Source: Syntrophales bacterium (lineage in GTDB: Bacteria; Desulfobacterota; Syntrophia; Syntrophales; UBA2210). Taken from it: a stretch of DNA of 64,000 nucleotides. The position numbers and the translations under genes are program-made. A model generated the notes under the pieces. That model made no database searches. It saw only the letters and a list, made by a program, of their open reading frames with translations, and was not told where the DNA came from. The DNA lies in the NCBI GenBank assembly GCA_963666365.2, contig CAXXNF010000001.1, positions 1-64,000 of the forward strand, given 5' to 3'. Numbering within the stretch: position 1 is the first letter of the stretch; each line of letters starts with the position of its first letter. Positions 33,034-42,443 of the stretch are shown here, one piece after another.

Positions 33034-34827
33034 CTAGTGACCCACGATATGCACCTTCGCGCAGGCAATGGCAAGACGCCATGCTGCCCCGTGCAGAGCC
33101 ACAGACCGCCAGTAGACTGCCTTCTCTACCGGCGGTTCACCCACCTTGAGATAGAATCGATATTCGCCTTCGCCCTCATCGGTGAGAGCCATTCTGCGGA
33201 CCAGGGCTACCAGTTCCGGAAAGGGCTGATAGAGAGGATCGGTAATGACATTGAGACCTATCTGTTTCGTATCGACGTCATAGATGACCAGACCGTCCGT
33301 CTGCATCAGAAATATGTCGACAGGCAGATTGGACGCGACAGGCCCGATGATGCCGGACAGGAGATATTCAGGGGCAAAAAGCGTCGCCACAGACCCCCTG
33401 AACTGGTGACTCTGCGAAAATATGGGATGATGAATAACCACAGCCCGGGGTCCTTCGACTGACTGGAATGATCCACTCATCACCGGTGTATGCGTTTTGA
33501 ACAGCCTGATCATATGCGCCTGCCCACTGATGTCGGCGCCCTCGGACGATTTGTGCGCCTGCGGTTCGACCGCCACCATAATTCCCTGATCGTTAACCGT
33601 CTCACAGTCGATAATGTAAGGATTGCCCCGGTAGAGCTTGTTGAGCACGTCCCGTGCGAGAGCACTCTTCAAATCTTTACCGGCCAGCCTCCAGGCGCTG
33701 TGCAGAAGATCGCCGTCCAGCTTTTCGAGAGCCTCCATGATCTCTATTTGCAGCTGCGACAACAGGTCCTGCAGCTCTTCCCGTGAAAACATACGGGTTT
33801 GATTGTTGACGGCGGGAACAACAAGCGTCCCCGCAATAATATTTTTCTGCAACGCCAGAACGATATCGAGCATGTCCTCAGGAATCAGCTCCCGGTTGTT
33901 TCTATTATAGACAAAGCCCACCCCCCCCTCTTTCAGACCGAATGATTTCAGCCCGCCGGAGAATTTGCCCTCTACAAAAGACTTGACGCTCTCGAAGACT
34001 GCCACGTCGACATACTTGACCATGCTGGTCAGCACATACCCGGGCGCCTGCGCGCTTTGATCGGTATCCACGCCGATCGCCAGCCGGTTCATCTCCTTTG
34101 CCGCCTTGAAAAGACCCTCACCGGTACCACCCGATGCGTGATAGATAATATCCGCACCCTGCCGGTACATAGAGGTGGCGATCTCGTATCCTTTTTGCGG
34201 ATCGTTGAAAGCCCGATTGGTTATCCCCGCAAATTGCGACAGCAGTTCCACATCCGGCCGCAGGGCATGCGCCCCTGCCAGATAGCCTGCCTGAAACCTT
34301 CGGATGACGGGAATATCCATGCCGCCTATGAAGCCGATCTTGCCGGCTGCGCTCTTCAGGGCCGCCATGGCGCCCACCAGGTAGGACCCTTCTTCTTCCC
34401 TGAAGATAAGCCCTGCAAGATTGGCGGGCAGCGGTGCCATCCGCTCCCTGTCATCGTATTTCACGCCATAGTCGACACAGACAAACTTTTTGTCGGGGTA
34501 TTGCAGTGCCAATGAATAAAGCTTTTCGGAAAAGGCATAGCCTACGCCGATAACCATCCCCGCATCGGAGGCCGCCGACTCATTTACGGCGCGCTCCAGA
34601 TCCAGATTTCGCTTGTGTTCTATATAGACGGCTGTTACGCCCAGCGAGGCGACGGCTCTTTCCAGTCCACGGTAGGCGGAATCATTAAAGCCTCCGTCGC
34701 CTCTTCCTCCGACATCAAAGAGGAGTGCAACCTTTAAGGATCCTGCATCACGGGCGGGAGTGTCATTCACAGCGATAAAACAGGCCGCACAGGCACAAAA
34801 CACCACCAGTATCTTTATTAGTTTCAT
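33034..34827 (-). CDS. BMP (PnrA-like) substrate-binding domain fused to a C-terminal Cache-like domain
   Basis: DVGGRGDGGFNDSAYRGL, FREEEGSYLVG, GADIIYHASG and IGVDTDQS, then GADISGQAHM...QTDGLVIYD.D..QIGLN...Y..FPEL. Confidence 0.8.
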   Translation of the reverse strand: MKLIKILVVFCACAACFIAVNDTPARDAGSLKVALLFDVGGRGDGGFNDSAYRGLERAVASLGVTAVYIEHKRNLDLERAVNESAASDAGMVIGVGYAFSEKLYSLALQYPDKKFVCVDYGVKYDDRERMAPLPANLAGLIFREEEGSYLVGAMAALKSAAGKIGFIGGMDIPVIRRFQAGYLAGAHALRPDVELLSQFAGITNRAFNDPQKGYEIATSMYRQGADIIYHASGGTGEGLFKAAKEMNRLAIGVDTDQSAQAPGYVLTSMVKYVDVAVFESVKSFVEGKFSGGLKSFGLKEGGVGFVYNRNNRELIPEDMLDIVLALQKNIIAGTLVVPAVNNQTRMFSREELQDLLSQLQIEIMEALEKLDGDLLHSAWRLAGKDLKSALARDVLNKLYRGNPYIIDCETVNDQGIMVAVEPQAHKSSEGADISGQAHMIRLFKTHTPVMSGSFQSVEGPRAVVIHHPIFSQSHQFRGSVATLFAPEYLLSGIIGPVASNLPVDIFLMQTDGLVIYDVDTKQIGLNVITDPLYQPFPELVALVRRMALTDEGEGEYRFYLKVGEPPVEKAVYWRSVALHGAAWRLAIACAKVHIVGH

Positions 34828-34929
34828 GCTGTCACCGTTCACTCTTCCTCACGACGCAAAGGAGTGTCATGCCCCATTCCGTGGTCTCGTATTTCTTCGC
34901 CGTCTGCACGGCATGCTCTTCCTCTCTTT

Positions 34930-36228
34930 TTATGGATTTCTAAGCTTTTTGGCAAAGCACCCCGGATAAATTTCTGCAAGTTTCTTTTCTTTTATGAAGA
35001 CCAGAGCCTCATCTGCATCAGTGAAAGAGCCGAGCAAGACCAGATGCCACAGAATGCCGGCCTTTGATCTTACGGTGCGCATCTGCGCGTCGAATCCTCT
35101 GTCTTCCGCCCTTTCCAGCATTTCGTAGGCAAATTCCTTAACGCGCATGGCCCCGATTTGAACGACATAGCCGCCCTTCGCTTCCGGTTTCGGAACTATC
35201 TTTTCGGCAGGAGTGTCTGTTCTCGTCTCCCCTGCCCGCGTTGCCCCGTGTGAAACCGGCGTATCAGACTCCCCTGCAGGCGCAGCGATATCCTTTGTTG
35301 CCGACGCTGCTGCAGTAACAGTCTCTTTCACTGTATTTTCTTCAGATTTCACCTGCACGGTCTCTGCTGCATCTTCCGCCTGCGCTTCCCGGTCGCGTTC
35401 GGCCTCACTTGCTTCAGACTGTTTTTCTCCTGCGGCAACCATTTTATCTTCATGCGCAGCAGGCTCTTCGACGGGTACAGGCGGCGATGTTCCTTCCGAC
35501 GAAGACACTTCCTCTTTCGGTTCTGTCTCCGGCGGCGGTATTGAGGGCGCCACTGCCTGTGTCTGCAACTCTTTTGTGATCGACCCCCGACCTTCTTCAG
35601 ACTCCGCTTCTTTCGGCGCCGGGGCTGCCTTCACCGGCACACTGATACGGCCACGATAGGTTGATGTATCGGCAGGCGGCGCGTTTAGCCACTTTTCTCC
35701 CACACGATACTCCTGGTCTCCCGTCAGCCTGTGCGTACGCAGGGCGTAGGTAGTTCCCTGGATTGTTGCGGTTCCATGCTCATAGATAGTCGGCCATACA
35801 AAGTAGGCTGCCGCAATAAGAAGCGCCAGCACCACCGCAAGCACTATCGTCATCCGTGAACTGTGCGGCCGGGCGATTTTTTCCGGTTGCTCATCGAGGG
35901 GCTCATTTCTGCCTTTTTCGGGCGGCGGCCCTGCGATATCCAGCCCCTCTTCAGGGTGCCCCGCCTCTTCAGGAACATCTTCATTCAGGGTCTCCGCTTC
36001 GGGTCCGCCTTCTTCAGGAGATGAATCCTCAGGCGATTGTTCTTCAAAAGGTCTTTCCAAAATGAGTCCGTCCTGCGGATATTCGGGAGCAGCCGCTTCC
36101 TCTGATTCTATCGTTTCTTCAGTGACTGGATCGTTCTCTGCAGCTGAATCCTTTTCTTCACACCTCTTCGCCTCGAAACGTTCCAGTTCAGCGACGATTT
36201 CTTCCATAGACTTGTCTTCATCGCTCAT
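34930..36228 (-). CDS. SPOR-domain membrane protein with acidic low-complexity regions
   Basis: Glu/Pro-rich N-terminus, one TM helix, C-terminal YVVQIGAM...WHLVLLGSFTDADEA. Confidence 0.78.
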   Translation of the reverse strand: MSDEDKSMEEIVAELERFEAKRCEEKDSAAENDPVTEETIESEEAAAPEYPQDGLILERPFEEQSPEDSSPEEGGPEAETLNEDVPEEAGHPEEGLDIAGPPPEKGRNEPLDEQPEKIARPHSSRMTIVLAVVLALLIAAAYFVWPTIYEHGTATIQGTTYALRTHRLTGDQEYRVGEKWLNAPPADTSTYRGRISVPVKAAPAPKEAESEEGRGSITKELQTQAVAPSIPPPETEPKEEVSSSEGTSPPVPVEEPAAHEDKMVAAGEKQSEASEAERDREAQAEDAAETVQVKSEENTVKETVTAAASATKDIAAPAGESDTPVSHGATRAGETRTDTPAEKIVPKPEAKGGYVVQIGAMRVKEFAYEMLERAEDRGFDAQMRTVRSKAGILWHLVLLGSFTDADEALVFIKEKKLAEIYPGCFAKKLRNP

Positions 36229-36272
36229 GGCACACCCCTGAGTAGCAAAGCTACTTAAAGTTTTTAAATATT

Positions 36273-36596
36273 TCAGTTATCTATCTCTTTACCACTGTCA
36301 TCCCGGAATGAAAAATACCAGTTATCGCAGTTGCAGCCGAGAATTTTACAGTCGCCGGGGCAGTATTTTTCTTTACACTGCCTGCGGTAAGTATCCTGGC
36401 TGTGACAGGGTTTGCAGCCCGTCCAGCTCCAGCAGGTACCGTAGGACATAGGCCCCTCAGCCTTAGGCCCGCAGCTTGCATTGGGACAATTCGGCACGGC
36501 CCAACAGGTCCCCACTCGATCTGGACAGTCGGCGCCTGCAACCATGGGCAGACACAGGACTGCGATAACCGTCAAAATCAACATCAGAGTTTTCAT
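36273..36596 (-). CDS. Small secreted Cys-rich protein (12 Cys in about 85-aa mature part)
   Basis: GGAGG RBS, signal peptide MKTLMLILTVIAVLCLPMVAGA. Confidence 0.72.
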   Translation of the reverse strand: MKTLMLILTVIAVLCLPMVAGADCPDRVGTCWAVPNCPNASCGPKAEGPMSYGTCWSWTGCKPCHSQDTYRRQCKEKYCPGDCKILGCNCDNWYFSFRDDSGKEIDN

Positions 36597-36722
36597 ACGA
36601 CGCCTCCCTTATTTGCGTTGCCAAATATGGTAATGGATTTACTGAGCGATTCTATAAAGTTTTCTTAGGATATGCGCCAATACACAGGGATTGTCAAGGA
36701 GAACATGCCGCGGCGATTGCCA

Positions 36723-36812
36723 TTGAACGGTCGGGGAGGGGGATTATCAACCAGTTCTAATGACATTAGTCTCACCACCCCCACATCAAATCTCTTCCCT
36801 CAAGGGAGAGGG
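36723..36812. repeat. Degenerate REP-like hairpin
   Basis: GGGGAGGGGGA...CTCACCACCCCC...TCTCTTCCCTCAAGGGAGAGGG. Confidence 0.4.
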
Positions 36813-36850
36813 TTTTTTTGCGGAACCGTCACTCTTCGCATGGTTTCAAT

Positions 36851-37048
36851 TTACCATGTCTTTTTGATTCCCAGTTTCACATAGAGGGGGCAGTATCCTG
36901 AAATTACGCTGGAAAGAAGCATGCCGGCAATGACGGCGAGCACGGTGCCCGCAATACCAGTTATCCAGCCGGCAATATTGGCCGCGATAAAAAAAACGGC
37001 CACCATAAACCGCACGATCCTGTCGATAGTCCCTACATTTCGTTCCAT
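36851..37048 (-). CDS. DUF2892 (YgaP-like) small membrane protein
   Basis: MERNVGTIDRIVR...GYCPLYVKLGI. Confidence 0.85.
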   Translation of the reverse strand: MERNVGTIDRIVRFMVAVFFIAANIAGWITGIAGTVLAVIAGMLLSSVISGYCPLYVKLGIKKTW

Positions 37049-37122
37049 ATACATTCCTCCCTGCAGTTCCCTTTCTCCTGTGGTAATCAAATATCTCTCA
37101 CAGTATCGGGTAAAGGGGCCAT

Positions 37123-37186
37123 CCCTGCCGGCAGCGCCGGTTGCCTCGTCGATAAAGCCCAGACATGCATAGCCCCCCCCTTTTGA
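37123..37186 (+). repeat. Orphan copy of the 3'-UTR sequence found after the duplicated AtpZ-like gene
   Basis: 33 of the first 34 nt match 45869-45902 (CCCTGCCGGCRGCGCCGGTTGCCTCGTCGATAAA), and similarity continues to CCCCCCTTTTGA. Confidence 0.75.
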
Positions 37187-37209
37187 CATATGGAGTTTCT
37201 AAACCATCC

Positions 37210-38121
37210 TTACGTGTCCTCAATCGGTTCAACGGGGATCCGATCTTCACAGGGAACGCCGGTCTGGCAAAGCCCGCAGCCCGCATATTGCCCTATGTAT
37301 CCTTCCCCATGCGCACCCTCAATCCAGGGTTTCTGGCTCACGAAAAGCACTTCAAGACATTTTGACTTGTCGTGTCCCTTTTCGCTGATCGCCCCTCCGG
37401 GACAGCGCCGTATGCAGGCGCCGCATGTGCCCGAACTGAAAAAGAGACAGTTCGCGAAAGGACCGGCATAGGGCCGAATGGACGGCGTAAGCTTTATGCC
37501 GGCAACCACGCTCCCGCAGCGCATTGCCATCCCCCGGGGGGTGATGAATCCTTCGTTGAGGCTGAATGTGCCCAGCCCCGCCGCATACGCCATATGCCTC
37601 TGCGACCAGTTGGACGCTATGCCGCCGGAGAACCGGTCGATCTTAAAGGCCGACGTCAGGTCCGGGGCGATTGCGGAAACGCCCCTTTTTTCGAGAAAAC
37701 TCACCAGATGCCGCTCCAGCTCATCTATGAATTCCTGACCCTTCCAGCGCGTGTGATTCCATCTCAGCGAGGGCCCCTCTTCTTCCAGGGCGTTACTGGA
37801 GCTGGTTCCCCGATCTATGGGAAGCACGAAAGAAATGACACTCAACGGCAACGGGCTCGTCAATGCAGTCCGCCCCTCCTCATCATGCAGAGCGAGTGCC
37901 TCCCGCGGCGTGAGATGCTTTTCTGAAACCACTGTCTTGTACTCAGTAAAGATCGGATCGTCACCGTCTGCAAAGCCGACCAGTGGTTCATTAAAAATCT
38001 GCGTATTATCGAATGCTTCGAGACGGTTCATCGGACTGGTTCTTACAAAGTCCCTAATGACGTCCTCTATTGTTCGATTCGTTACCGGATCTGCTGCCGT
38101 TATAGGGTTCACGATTCTCAT
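37210..38121 (-). CDS. Epoxyqueuosine-reductase-like (QueG/RdhA-related) 4Fe-4S protein
   Basis: PLVGFADGDDPIF, SNWSQRHMAYAAGLGTFSLN, CGACIRRCP and CGLCQTGVPC. Confidence 0.8.
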   Translation of the reverse strand: MRIVNPITAADPVTNRTIEDVIRDFVRTSPMNRLEAFDNTQIFNEPLVGFADGDDPIFTEYKTVVSEKHLTPREALALHDEEGRTALTSPLPLSVISFVLPIDRGTSSSNALEEEGPSLRWNHTRWKGQEFIDELERHLVSFLEKRGVSAIAPDLTSAFKIDRFSGGIASNWSQRHMAYAAGLGTFSLNEGFITPRGMAMRCGSVVAGIKLTPSIRPYAGPFANCLFFSSGTCGACIRRCPGGAISEKGHDKSKCLEVLFVSQKPWIEGAHGEGYIGQYAGCGLCQTGVPCEDRIPVEPIEDT

Positions 38122-38243
38122 GCATTCCTGCTCCATTATATTCTGTGTAAAAATTCGACCGCTATTTTTATACCAACCGATACAATCTCCTTTACCGACG
38201 TTCCACAGGAATCTTCCCGGCTGCACAGGTGGTCTGTGTCCTT

Positions 38244-38645
38244 TTAGTCAATTTTAATGCCGGCAGGCGTAATTATGATTGTCTTTGGGGACTCATATGA
38301 ATACTGGCTAAACTCAATGTCCCACGTGGCTGGTGCACAAATGTGCGGATCGCCCGTTGTCTGGCCGCACTGCACTGCAACCTTGTATAGTATGGGGCCC
38401 GTACATTCTTCGATGCAGGGGCATTCGACAGCGGTCTGGTCATAACCGGGCAGTGCGAGAAGCGGTGCTTCACTGTAGCATGCGTGTGTGTGTCCGCAAG
38501 TGGCCGTCATTTCGATGGTGCACGTGCAATGGGGGATCTGAAAATAGACAGGAAACATCAAAAACCTTTCTGCGTATACCTTCGCAGTGAATGTTAATGG
38601 TACACACAGGAACATTGCAGCGACGAGGAAGCTGATTGTTTTCAT
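38244..38645 (-). CDS. Small secreted Cys-rich hypothetical protein
   Basis: GGAG RBS, signal peptide ending VYA, 9 Cys in the mature part. Confidence 0.62.
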   Translation of the reverse strand: MKTISFLVAAMFLCVPLTFTAKVYAERFLMFPVYFQIPHCTCTIEMTATCGHTHACYSEAPLLALPGYDQTAVECPCIEECTGPILYKVAVQCGQTTGDPHICAPATWDIEFSQYSYESPKTIIITPAGIKID

Positions 38646-38691
38646 ATTATTCTCCGTTCTATCAATGAGGGAACCATCAATTACACATCAC

Positions 38692-39435
38692 TCAACCATT
38701 TATTTTTTTAACATCATCCTCTGACTCGCCAACAGTAATTTCCGGATATAATTTTTTTGCACAGTCCGGGCAAATTCCGTGGCTGAATTCAGCCCCCGAA
38801 TGAGCTTTAATGTACCCTTCTATCTGCTCCCAGTACCCTTCATCATTACGTATTTTTTTACAGGAAGCACAGATAGGAAGCAATCCGCTCAGCTGTTTGA
38901 CTTCTGAAACTGCTTTCTGCAGCTTTTTGATAAGTGTTTCTCTTTCCTCCTCCATTTTTTTGCGTTCGGTGATGTCCCTGGAAATAGCGCGGAAACCGAT
39001 TGGAGTTCCTTCAGCATTTTTCATAAGCGTCACTGACGTTTCGTAGAATACCTTCGTGCCGTCTTTTCTACTCGCCTCAACTTCCAGTGATTCTATAGGT
39101 TTTCCTGTTTGGTAGAGACCTGTGTACGCCTGGACTAATTTCTTGAAGTTTTCCTCTGACGGAGAATGCTTCCGGGCATTCATCCCGATCAGTTCTTCTC
39201 TGGCATATCCGAGGAATCTACAGTTTGCGTCGTTGACAAAAGTATAATTGCCGGCAAGGTCAAGCTCGAAATAGCCCTCCTGAATACTTTCCAGGATATT
39301 GCGGTATCTCTGTTCACTCCTGCGCAGCGCCTCCTCTGTCTGAGTCTCGTACCTTAATGCTTCTTCGAGCTCTCTGATTCTTTTTTCCAACTCTTCGTAA
39401 GTAGGCTTTACGTCCATCGGTACGTACTCCTCCAT
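38692..39435 (-). CDS. PAS-domain protein with C-terminal LLPICxxCKKIR...SHGICPxC domain
   Basis: SEQRYRNILESIQEGYFELDLAGNYTFVND...GFRAISRDITERK, then LSGLLPICASCKKIRNDEGYWEQIE...FSHGICPDC. Confidence 0.88.
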   Translation of the reverse strand: MEEYVPMDVKPTYEELEKRIRELEEALRYETQTEEALRRSEQRYRNILESIQEGYFELDLAGNYTFVNDANCRFLGYAREELIGMNARKHSPSEENFKKLVQAYTGLYQTGKPIESLEVEASRKDGTKVFYETSVTLMKNAEGTPIGFRAISRDITERKKMEEERETLIKKLQKAVSEVKQLSGLLPICASCKKIRNDEGYWEQIEGYIKAHSGAEFSHGICPDCAKKLYPEITVGESEDDVKKING

Positions 39436-39739
39436 TTGCGCGGGCAGAATTCAAATCATTCATTTTTTCACAATGCAATGACCGGATGAAGGGCGCCTCC
39501 CTACGACCGTAACCGGCCGGTCATCAGCCCCGGTTCGCTCGCTGTCGTTTCTTCCCCACAAGACATTCCGCATTCGCCAACGCATGGCAGTAAATAAGAA
39601 AAACCATACGATGGTCGAAATGAGTAGCTCCTTTCAGAGGTTTTGTCAATAATTTTTAAGAATATTAAATATTTCAACCGGTAATGACTTGACAATCACA
39701 GAGAGACACAGGAAGCGGCGAAAGCCCTTTTACACTACG

Positions 39740-40648
39740 TTACGTCTTTCGATTCGACAGCCAATCCAGCCACATAATATAGGCAATCAAAAAGACGCTG
39801 TAAATGGCAGACGGCAGCGCCGCCTCTTGTTCGAACAGGGCTATGGCCAATCCTCCGGCAATCCCCTGGTTTTTCAAAGTGCCCAGAAGGATGAGACCGG
39901 GCCACTTGCGTTCCTCAATGCCCACCAGTTGCGCTCCTTTCCGGATCACAGCTCCCATCACAAAGGTCGCGCAAAAGATAATCGCGACGACGGGTCCCAG
40001 GATATGAGGCTGCCCGAAGATCAAATCCCGGTTTACCGCGACCATTGAATACAGAACAATAAAAAAACTCCAGTCGGTTATGCCTCCCCGGGCGGAGGCG
40101 AGACGATGGTGAAGATTAAAGTGTAACATCGTTCTGGAGGCGACAAGCGGCAGGATAATGAGCAGGATCAGAATATAAAGCAACTTCAAAGGATCGGCAA
40201 GCTCCGTCCCGATAAACACCCCCATGATAGCCGGCGTGACAACCAGCGCGGCAAGATAGGACGCCACCGTACCTGACAAAGTAAAGGCGACATTTCCCCT
40301 CAAGATGGCGGTAAAGGGGATGACTGCAACGGCCGGAGGAGCGGCGGCAATCAGGACGAATCCGATCCATAGGTTTCGGTCATTGAGAAAAATCGCGGCA
40401 GACGCAAGAAGAAATCCTCCCAGGAGGACATAGGTTGCCACAATTCCGGCAACAAAGGGGACGATATGCGTTCGGAGGTCTTGAAAATAATTGTTCGGAA
40501 CACTCAGCGTCGCCATCGTCATGGCAACGGCCAATGCCGGCATCATGAGATAGCGAGTCACTTCCGAAGGACCGGGGAACGCAAAAGCTCCCACAATGGC
40601 CAGAATAAATATGAAATTCCGATTATTCAGAAGATGAATTCCGGGCAA
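39740..40648 (-). CDS. Bile acid:sodium symporter (BASS)-like membrane protein
   Basis: About 10 TM helices, GFVLIAAAPPAVAVIPFT...GN and GTLKNQGIA. Confidence 0.72.
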   Translation of the reverse strand: MPGIHLLNNRNFIFILAIVGAFAFPGPSEVTRYLMMPALAVAMTMATLSVPNNYFQDLRTHIVPFVAGIVATYVLLGGFLLASAAIFLNDRNLWIGFVLIAAAPPAVAVIPFTAILRGNVAFTLSGTVASYLAALVVTPAIMGVFIGTELADPLKLLYILILLIILPLVASRTMLHFNLHHRLASARGGITDWSFFIVLYSMVAVNRDLIFGQPHILGPVVAIIFCATFVMGAVIRKGAQLVGIEERKWPGLILLGTLKNQGIAGGLAIALFEQEAALPSAIYSVFLIAYIMWLDWLSNRKT

Positions 40649-41081
40649 AGTCCCTCCAATTCATAACGGCCTATAGAATTGATAAAAATTGTTTTAATTA
40701 GAAGTATATGGGGAGAAAAGGGGACCTGTCAAGAGATATCAGCCGATATACACTGCCGGGACTACTTCAGAGGTTCCGGGTACCGGCTGGTGTATGAGGT
40801 TTTATCAATGCTATTGATCGCTACGAGCTGAACGCTTCCTGCTCAAGCGACGACTGATCCATTGATCACTATGACAGGGAAACCCATAAATGGGAAAGCG
40901 CCCGACCATCAGGCATCTTCTGTTCCCATAGGGCGTTTGGATAGTTGTTGACGCTTCACGCTGGATGTGTAAGTATTGCGGTTTACAAAATACTCACAAA
41001 AGGGCTGCCATATTCAAGCCCTCTGATACGCTGCGGGATAGCAGTGATAATAACTGGCCAGTGCCAGTAAGGGAAGAAACT

Positions 41082-41426
41082 ATGCCTCTGCCCGAATTCA
41101 CAAGAAAACTCATAGAAACAAAGCTTGAAGAATACTGTACCGGGAAGATCCCGGAACATGCTCGGAATCAGGTCCAGCTCATTTATAAAATTGCAGGGAA
41201 CAAGGCAACCCTTATTGAGACCAGGCCCTATTTTCGCGATCCTAACACATGGACAGAGACACCTCTGGCACAATTCCGGTTTGATACTGAAACCAAGAAA
41301 TGGGCGCTCTATTACATGGATCGGAACTCGCGGTGGCAGCCCTATGACCTGGCGGAAGAAAGTGCCGACTTTGAGAAGTTGCTTGAAGGACTGGACAAGG
41401 ATCGGACTGGGATATTCTGGGGATGA
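41082..41426 (+). CDS. DUF3024 domain protein
   Basis: IPEHARNQV.L...TLIETRP...PLAQFRFD...WALYYMDRNSRW...DRTGIFWG. Confidence 0.85.
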   Translation: MPLPEFTRKLIETKLEEYCTGKIPEHARNQVQLIYKIAGNKATLIETRPYFRDPNTWTETPLAQFRFDTETKKWALYYMDRNSRWQPYDLAEESADFEKLLEGLDKDRTGIFWG

Positions 41427-41567
41427 CGGGAAGATTGACATTCTGGGTGTGTTGTTTGAAAAACTGGACACATATTTGACCTCTTATGAACCGGTTCATG
41501 ATAGCGTATTGAAAACTGATATGCATCAACAGGATATGTACTGCTGAATCTTAAATCGAATCCGCAT

Positions 41568-41810
41568 ATGGCTATTCACAGAATACCCCTGGACAGACTC
41601 AGCCCTGAAGCGCTGGAAGGCGTCATCAGGGAATGTATCTCCCGATACGGAACCGATTACGGCGAGATCGAGCTGTCCTGGGACGCAAAGTGCACTCAGG
41701 TGAAATCCAGGCTTGGAAGTGGACTGGCCGTTCTTCTCTATGACGACGATACCGAAACCATAACCATTGTGCCGGCAACTGATCCGACTCTAAAAAACTT
41801 GACCCTGTGA
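41568..41810 (+). CDS. YheU (UPF0270) family protein
   Basis: IPLDRLSPEALEGVIRE.ISRYGTDYGE.E...QV...L.SG.AVLLYD. Confidence 0.82.
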   Translation: MAIHRIPLDRLSPEALEGVIRECISRYGTDYGEIELSWDAKCTQVKSRLGSGLAVLLYDDDTETITIVPATDPTLKNLTL

Positions 41811-41845
41811 CCGAATCGCTGTCCGATCCACATTGAGGAAGCCAG

Positions 41846-42367
41846 ATGGGGACAATAGAAAAAATCATATCCGGTGGACAAACCGGAGCGGATCGGGCGG
41901 CACTCGATTTTGCCATTGAGCATCACATCCCCTATGGCGGTTGGCTTCCCAGGGGCAGAAAGACGGAAGACGGCGCCCTTGACCTGAAATATCATTTAGA
42001 GGAGATGCCCACATCGAATTACTCAAAAAGAACAGAAAAGAACGTCCTCGAATCCGACGGCACGGTAATCGTATCCCACGGGTTTCTCACTGAAGGGTCG
42101 GCATTGACCGGGGAATTCGCCGCACGGCACAGAAAGCATTGGATTCATATCGACTTGAAAGAATTGACCATCAAGGAAGCGGCAGTGAAGCTTCACCTCT
42201 GGCTGACACGCTATGAAATTAAAGTCCTCAATGTGGCCGGTCCGAGGGCCCGCAAAGATCCTGCAATCTACGAGGCGACATTTCACCTGCTGGAAGAAAC
42301 GTTAACAGTTCTTCCCCCGGTTCCCTGGAAATTCCCCCAAGGGTGGGATTATGAGGGGACAAAATGA
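41846..42367 (+). CDS. Putative molybdenum-carrier / SLOG-superfamily protein
   Basis: KIISGGQTGADRAALD, GGWLPRGRKTEDG, RTEKNV..SDGT and LNVAGPR. Confidence 0.88.
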   Translation: MGTIEKIISGGQTGADRAALDFAIEHHIPYGGWLPRGRKTEDGALDLKYHLEEMPTSNYSKRTEKNVLESDGTVIVSHGFLTEGSALTGEFAARHRKHWIHIDLKELTIKEAAVKLHLWLTRYEIKVLNVAGPRARKDPAIYEATFHLLEETLTVLPPVPWKFPQGWDYEGTK

Positions 42368-42379
42368 ATTGCAATCATC

Positions 42380-42409
42380 TTGACATACAAAGCGATATTT
42401 CATTAGTAT
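42380..42409 (+). promoter_or_regulatory. Candidate sigma70 promoter for the aspartate 4-decarboxylase gene
   Basis: TTGACA-N18-TAGTAT, about 35 nt before the ATG. Confidence 0.45.
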
Positions 42410-42443
42410 AGATTCCTATTTCATCCAAAGGGGGGGTCATCGG

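Noticed and set aside
40740..40960. Intergenic stretch that looks like decayed coding sequence
   Set aside because: Stops interrupt it and I cannot recognise a family.
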